Part shown: positions 58,548 through 64,000 of the stretch, piece after piece | How positions within the stretch are numbered: the stretch's first letter is position 1 | Layout of the letters: the number at the start of each line of letters is the position of its first letter | Assembly (NCBI RefSeq): GCF_009914755.1 | Contig: NC_060926.1 | DNA from: the human T2T-CHM13v2.0 reference genome, Homo sapiens | Strand: one strand, 5' to 3' | Length of the DNA stretch: 64,000 nt | Program-made: the position numbers and the translations under genes | The notes under the pieces: generated by a model | The model's input: the letters and a program-made list of their open reading frames with translations, nothing else | What the model was told of the DNA's origin: nothing | Databases searched by the model: none

Positions 58548-60419
58548 GTTGTCCTTGGCCATATAGCTAGTGTTTGTTTGCCTTTTGCAAGCTTTTCTAG
58601 ATTGCAAGTTTCAGGAGCTCAACTACCTTATTTAGGTTTTTTGTTTTGGTAGATTCAAAATTGAACACAGTGTTCAATACAGACCACAGTTGGGGATTAT
58701 TGCTGAATAAATTAGAACAAAATATTGTAATATTTTGTGTGAAGATTTTAATTGCGGAGTGGCTTAGTTTTCTCATTGTATAAGGCAGTAATAACACCAT
58801 CTTTGCAGGATTGCATAAACTATAAGTGAATGACTGTGTCCTGATACATAGTAAACGCTCAGTGAATGCTGCAATCATTATAATGCAAAGTGGAGAACTG
58901 AGCTATGGCAATACGTTCTGCAACTTAAAGTGGGGTGTCTGGAATTTCCTAAGGGTAGTAACATTGTTTAGCATGAGGATATTATTTTTTCCTTAGACGC
59001 AATTAGAAATTAGACTGATGTGAAAAAGGTCTCAGATGATACTGAGTCTAGTTGACTATGCCCTTAAATCTTGCTGTATTGCTGAACTGGAGAAAAGGAG
59101 ATTTTATCGGTGTGGGGTGTGGTAGAAATTGCAGGGTTGTCGTGTGGATAATGAAATGCTGTGTGTGGTTGTGGTGGTGGTGGTGTATTGGTCTTTATCC
59201 CAGGCTCTTTGACTACCAGCATAAGAGACTCCTGGCAGCCTTCCGTGGATTAACAGTGTTTCAATTACCTTCTATGGTTAAGTAGAGTTTTATTTTGAAT
59301 TCCCAAGCAGCGCTTGGTTGTGCTACTTGCCTTCTCTCCTCATTAAGTGTTGCTTATCTTGAACAAGTAATCGTAGGTTACCAGGAAATGTTTCTGGTTC
59401 TCAACTTGTGTCTCTGGCTTCATGGGAAGCTTAAAAATATCCTGTGTCCCAGAATTCAAGTTATGGGGAGTTGAAGCATGCTTCTAAGCAGTTACTCTTT
59501 AGACTTTACAAATCAGCTGTCTGATCCTGTAGCTGATGCTTTCCTTTGCTCACCTTGGAATCCGTGAAGTTGAACGTTTGTCAAATGCTACTTTGAAAAT
59601 GCAGTGTTATTATTCTTCACAGCGATAATGACTTCAAAAGTTCCTCCAGGTTATCTCAGCATGGTCTCTCCTGCCCAGTCATCTTCAACTTTGTTTTGCC
59701 AGGGGTTCTTCTAACTGTCTTTCACAGACTTTGCCAAGTTCATTTGGTGGCTGTTGTTACACTTGCTGGCCTAGAGACCTTTGCTTTATAGTTTTGCCCT
59801 TTTAAAAATAATGGAGTCATGTTTTCCTCCCTTTAATCCCTCATGAATCTACTGAACTTTTCAAAATGTCATTGAGGGAGCCAGTGGTTAACTTTTTCCC
59901 TTCTCTAACATTCTGATGCATGTTATCAGGACCCAAAAGTTTGTCGTCTTCTCCACATTTATCATTTTAAACATTTCTATTATCCACATGTTGTATAATG
60001 GCACTTATGCCGTTTTCTGGCTCTAGTGTTCATTTCCAAAGATGGATAATAAACTTTCAACTTTAATGAGAGGCCAGTGACTCTGTGAGGAGCGGTGCAG
60101 CTGGCCCTTCTCTACTGTGGTTACATCAGTTCGGTGCTTTCTGGAGGCTTCTTTTTGCTCTCGTTCCGCTCACACTTTGGATTTAAAATTGTGAATAGAA
60201 GTGGGAGAACTTCAACTCTTTTTAATATTGTGCTGTCTATTAAATAATAGACTGAACCCACAATAAAGACTAAAAATTTCTGAATGTTACATTATTTAAT
60301 GAAATCCTTTAAACAGTGTCGATGCTGCATAAAACGATCTCAACGCATGCAACTCTGCGTTGAAGCATTTTCACAGAACGGGTTCATGTTGAGCCCTGAA
60401 TGAATTGCAACTTAGCTGT

Positions 60420-63400
60420 ATCCATTTCATTCTCCTTTATTCTATTTGGTTTGTTATCAGTTTTCATCTAATGCGATCATTGATATGGTTTGTTAAGGTC
60501 TATCATATTGCTATTTACATTTTTCTGTGGAGGGTCTCATCTAATTTTTGTTTTCCAAATCGTTTTTTCCTCACAAGATTTTGGATGAATCAAATATGTT
60601 TTTCATTCTGTTTAAACATATTTTATTTTCTTTTTGTACTTTTTAAAGTGTTTGTTTCATGTATGACCCTATACATCTTTATTACTGTCTACTTAGAGTT
60701 GATATTATGCTACTTTATTTAAATAAAAAAACTTGTTCATTTTTGTTAAATTTATATCTAAGTAGTTTATTATTTTGAGTCTACTGTACATTAATATTAA
60801 AAATTTTATTTTCTTTATTTTGCTGGAATGAGAAATACAATTTCATTTTGTATATGACCTCTTAATTGAAGATACTTTAAGTTTTTCTACATAGACAATT
60901 ACAATAGCAGTAAATAAAGAAAAATAAGCCAGCTTAGTGACTCAGTGTATTTTCTAATGAAGACTATAGTTCTTCAGACTGAATAGATCAGGCCAAACCT
61001 TAGTGGTCATTGTTAAGGTCACACAGCCATCGCCTGAAGGTGACCTGACAGTGGCTTCTGGTTTTACCCGAATTCCAATCCATGTTCCTTATGGATTTTT
61101 TTAGTGATGGCATAGGTAAGTGAGCTGGAAATCTGAGGCCACTATCTATGTCTCTCTTGAAGGATGAGTTTTGTTGTGAGCGCTCCTCAGTGATGGCCTG
61201 GGTACTTCTAGAGCCTATCTGAATGAATGATGTACAGAAACAGCTTTGCTGAGAGGAGGGAATTTTTTCTCCTTCATGTCCTCTGGCATCTCTTTAATCA
61301 GCCAGAACTGTAAGAAAGGTTCATCACATTTTCTTTCTTTACTGAGCCCATTAACCTACATGTTGCAAGCTGTCATGTCAAATGATTACTAGCAGATGAT
61401 GGTAACAGCGACCCTGTCTTCCGGTAGTTTAGAGGAGCTTTGCTTTAGATTAAGCAGAGCAAATGGCTAATTGCTGCAACCTCTTCTTCTTGTGAGCAGA
61501 TTTTATAAAGTCATCTGGGAAAGGCATGGCCTGACAATAAAGCTTGATCTCCATGGACTAGGGCCAGGAAAATGTAGAATATCTTTAGTGATATGGAGTG
61601 GCTTCTGAAATGTTGAACATTAATTCCTTTTAAATACCATACTGAGTAGAAAAAAAACTTTTTTTAAAGTTTTTCTATATAGACAATTACAATAGCAGTA
61701 AATAAAGACTGTTGGACTTCTCTCTTTCCATATGCTACTTCCTTTTCTTGAATTGCACTGGTCAGGCATCTCCAATGCAGCTTTTGTGTTGGTGTTCTGT
61801 ATCTACATATAATCTGTGCAAACATTATTAACCCCATATACACTGTTATAAGTATTGCTTTAAGCAGTAATATGTCTTCTAAATAAATTATGGAAAAAAG
61901 AAAGCCTATTTGCAATCTTTTATATTTGCTGAAATATTTTCCAATTCTGGTGCTCTTTATTCCTTTATGTAGATCCATATTACCATCTTCCTGATGTCAT
62001 TTATTTTAGGCCTGAAGAACTTCCTTTTAGGAATTTCCAAGTTCAGGTTTATTGGTGAATAATCTCAGTTTAAAAAAATCTGATGTGTTGTTTGCAACCT
62101 CATTTTCCAGGATATTTTCCATTAGCTATAGATTCATTTTTGTCCTTAAAACTATGTTCCATTGTCTTCTGCCCTACATCATTTATGATGAGAAGTCATC
62201 TGATACTCCTCTCATTCTTTTCTCTAAATGAAAAGTGTTGTTTCTCTGTAGGTAAACACAAGATTTTCTTTTTAACTTTGGCTTTAGCAAATTTATAGTT
62301 TAGCAATAATTATGATGGGGACAGTTGTGGTTTTCTTCTTACTTGCTTAGATTTCAATGAGTTTTTCGACTTATTGGATTATGCTTATCACTATATTGGG
62401 AGTTTTTTTTCAGCCATTGTTTCTTTGAATATTTTATTTTCTTACTCATTGTATCTTTCTTCTCTTTCTTGGGTGGCAACAGCACATATGTTAGGGTGCT
62501 TGACATTTTCCCACAGTTTACTAAGACTGTGCTTATTTTTTGTCATTGTTAATATAGTTCTGATTCTCTCTGTCCTTCAGAATGTGTTATTACTGTTCAA
62601 TCTTCAGGTTCACTTATTCTTTTTTCTGTCACTCAGTCTGTTGTTAAGCCACATGACTAAAAATCTCCTATCAGATATTGTGCTTTTCACTTTAGAGTTT
62701 CCATTTGGTTTCCTCATTCATTCATTCTCAAATATTTTCCTATAACTCCTTAAACATATTTATAATACCTGCTCTAGAGACTTTGCTCAACATCTGCATC
62801 CTTCTGGGTTTAATTTCTATTGACTTATTTTGCTTGATTTTTGGTCCTATTTTCTTGTTTCTTCCTACGCCTAGTGATTTTGGATTGTAATTTGAACACA
62901 TGTGACACATTGTGGAGACTCTGGGTTTTTGTCCCCTTGAAGTGTGCTGAGCTTGTTTTAGGAGGCAGTGAGCTCCTCTGAACTCAGACTCCACCCTCTG
63001 GCTCTTCTGCAGTTGGCAGCAGCTGAAATTAACCCTCAGTTCTTCACTTTCTTGCTGCTTCATTTTGTTGGGCTCCATGGAGCATCTCCCACTGCACCTG
63101 TGTATTTAGCAGTCCACCAATGAGTTGGGCAGAATTTATGTGCATGTTTTAGTGCTTCCTCTTCAGTGGCTCCCTCTCTTTCAGGATTTTACCCTAACTT
63201 TCTTGATGCTCTTTCCAGAGCCACATGTGGATGGGAGAATGCCCTTTAGCAAAAAGCTGCAAACTCATAAACCTTTCCATTGCTTTCCCATATTTCAGGC
63301 ATGGGTTACTATCTTTTACATGCCATCTTTGGATGTCTTGAAAAAATCCTCCAGTTATTGCCTGCTTTTTAAATATTTTGTCTAGGTTTGATGATTGTCT
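60420..63400 (-). mobile_element. Old L1M fragments, split by a 746-bp non-repeat insert at 60921-61666
   Basis: TTTTCTACATAGACAAT...AAATAAAGA continues into ...ATTGCACTGG after the insert. Also CCTGAAGAACTTCCTT and GATGAGAAGTCA. Confidence 0.7.
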
Positions 63401-63633
63401 CTGTAGCCAACCCACTCGTCTTGACTACTTGCATCTGGGCCCTTCTGAAAGATTATGAAGATTAAGTTCTTCATATTCCACTATTCTAAAGGTACAAAGG
63501 TCAGCATCATCATAAACATTGCCATCATTTACTGTTTAATTAAACTTGAGGAAATTGTGCAATGTGCCTATGTTTAATATACAGATGAGTTGCAGCAATA
63601 ATAATATTCTGTACATCACTCACTGATGCAGGC

Positions 63634-64000
63634 TGTGTAGTGGACCTGCAAAGATGCCCACATCTAAGTCCCAGAACCCATGAATATGTTATCTTACATG
63701 GTAAAAGAGCCTTTCCAGATGGGACTCAGTTTAGGATCTTGAGATAAGGGATGCTCCTGCACTTTCTGGAGGGGACCAATGTAGTCTGAGGGTCCCTCTA
63801 AGAGGATGCAGAAGGTCAGTATGAGGAGAAGGCTAGGTGACAGCAGAAGCAGAGAGAGGCCGAGTCAGAAAGAGAAGGTGCTCCTTCTGGCTTTGGCAAT
63901 GGAGGAAGAGACCATGAGCCAGGCAGTGCGGGTAGCCTCTGGAAGCTGGAAAAGACACAGAAGTGGATTCCCTCCTGGAGCCTCTGGAAAGAATGCAGCT
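63634..64000 (+). mobile_element. MLT1D MaLR LTR, running off the window end
   Basis: GAATATGTTATCTTACATGGTAAAAG, GGATCTTGAGAT and GCCTCTGGAAGCTGGAAAAG. Confidence 0.85.

Overview
This window is primate (most likely human or ape) nuclear DNA that reads as intronic or intergenic. It is not prokaryotic, and I cannot support any host protein-coding exon, RNA gene or CRISPR array. Much of it is interspersed repeat: AluS/AluJ elements, two decayed L1PA elements on the minus strand (the only real protein homology, ORF1p/ORF2p fragments), older L1M, L2 and MIR fragments, MaLR solo LTRs (THE1C/D, MLT1A/B/C/D/F/K), and MER1B and MER91A DNA transposons. There are two clean minisatellites (23 bp x ~13; 32 bp x ~18) and several microsatellites. 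The most notable structure not explained by repeat annotation is a set of locally templated copies. (1) A ~710-bp inverted duplication (52303-53015 / 56331-57043) surrounds a 3.3-kb spacer and has a 173-bp perfectly identical core, making it a candidate gene-conversion or inversion substrate. (2) A ~350-bp copy of the window start is inserted inside an Alu at 3632-3981. (3) A 746-bp non-repeat insert splits an old L1 and is flanked by a 42-bp direct repeat. (4) A ~150-bp iterative snap-back scar lies at 30960-31112. (5) There is an older ~200-bp direct duplication and a 37-bp orphan LTR snippet. Candidate regulatory signals are a near-perfect RFX X-box at 22423 and an ETS/octamer/STAT cluster at 25400-25560. 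Repeat subfamily calls come from remembered consensus sequences, and identities were counted by eye.
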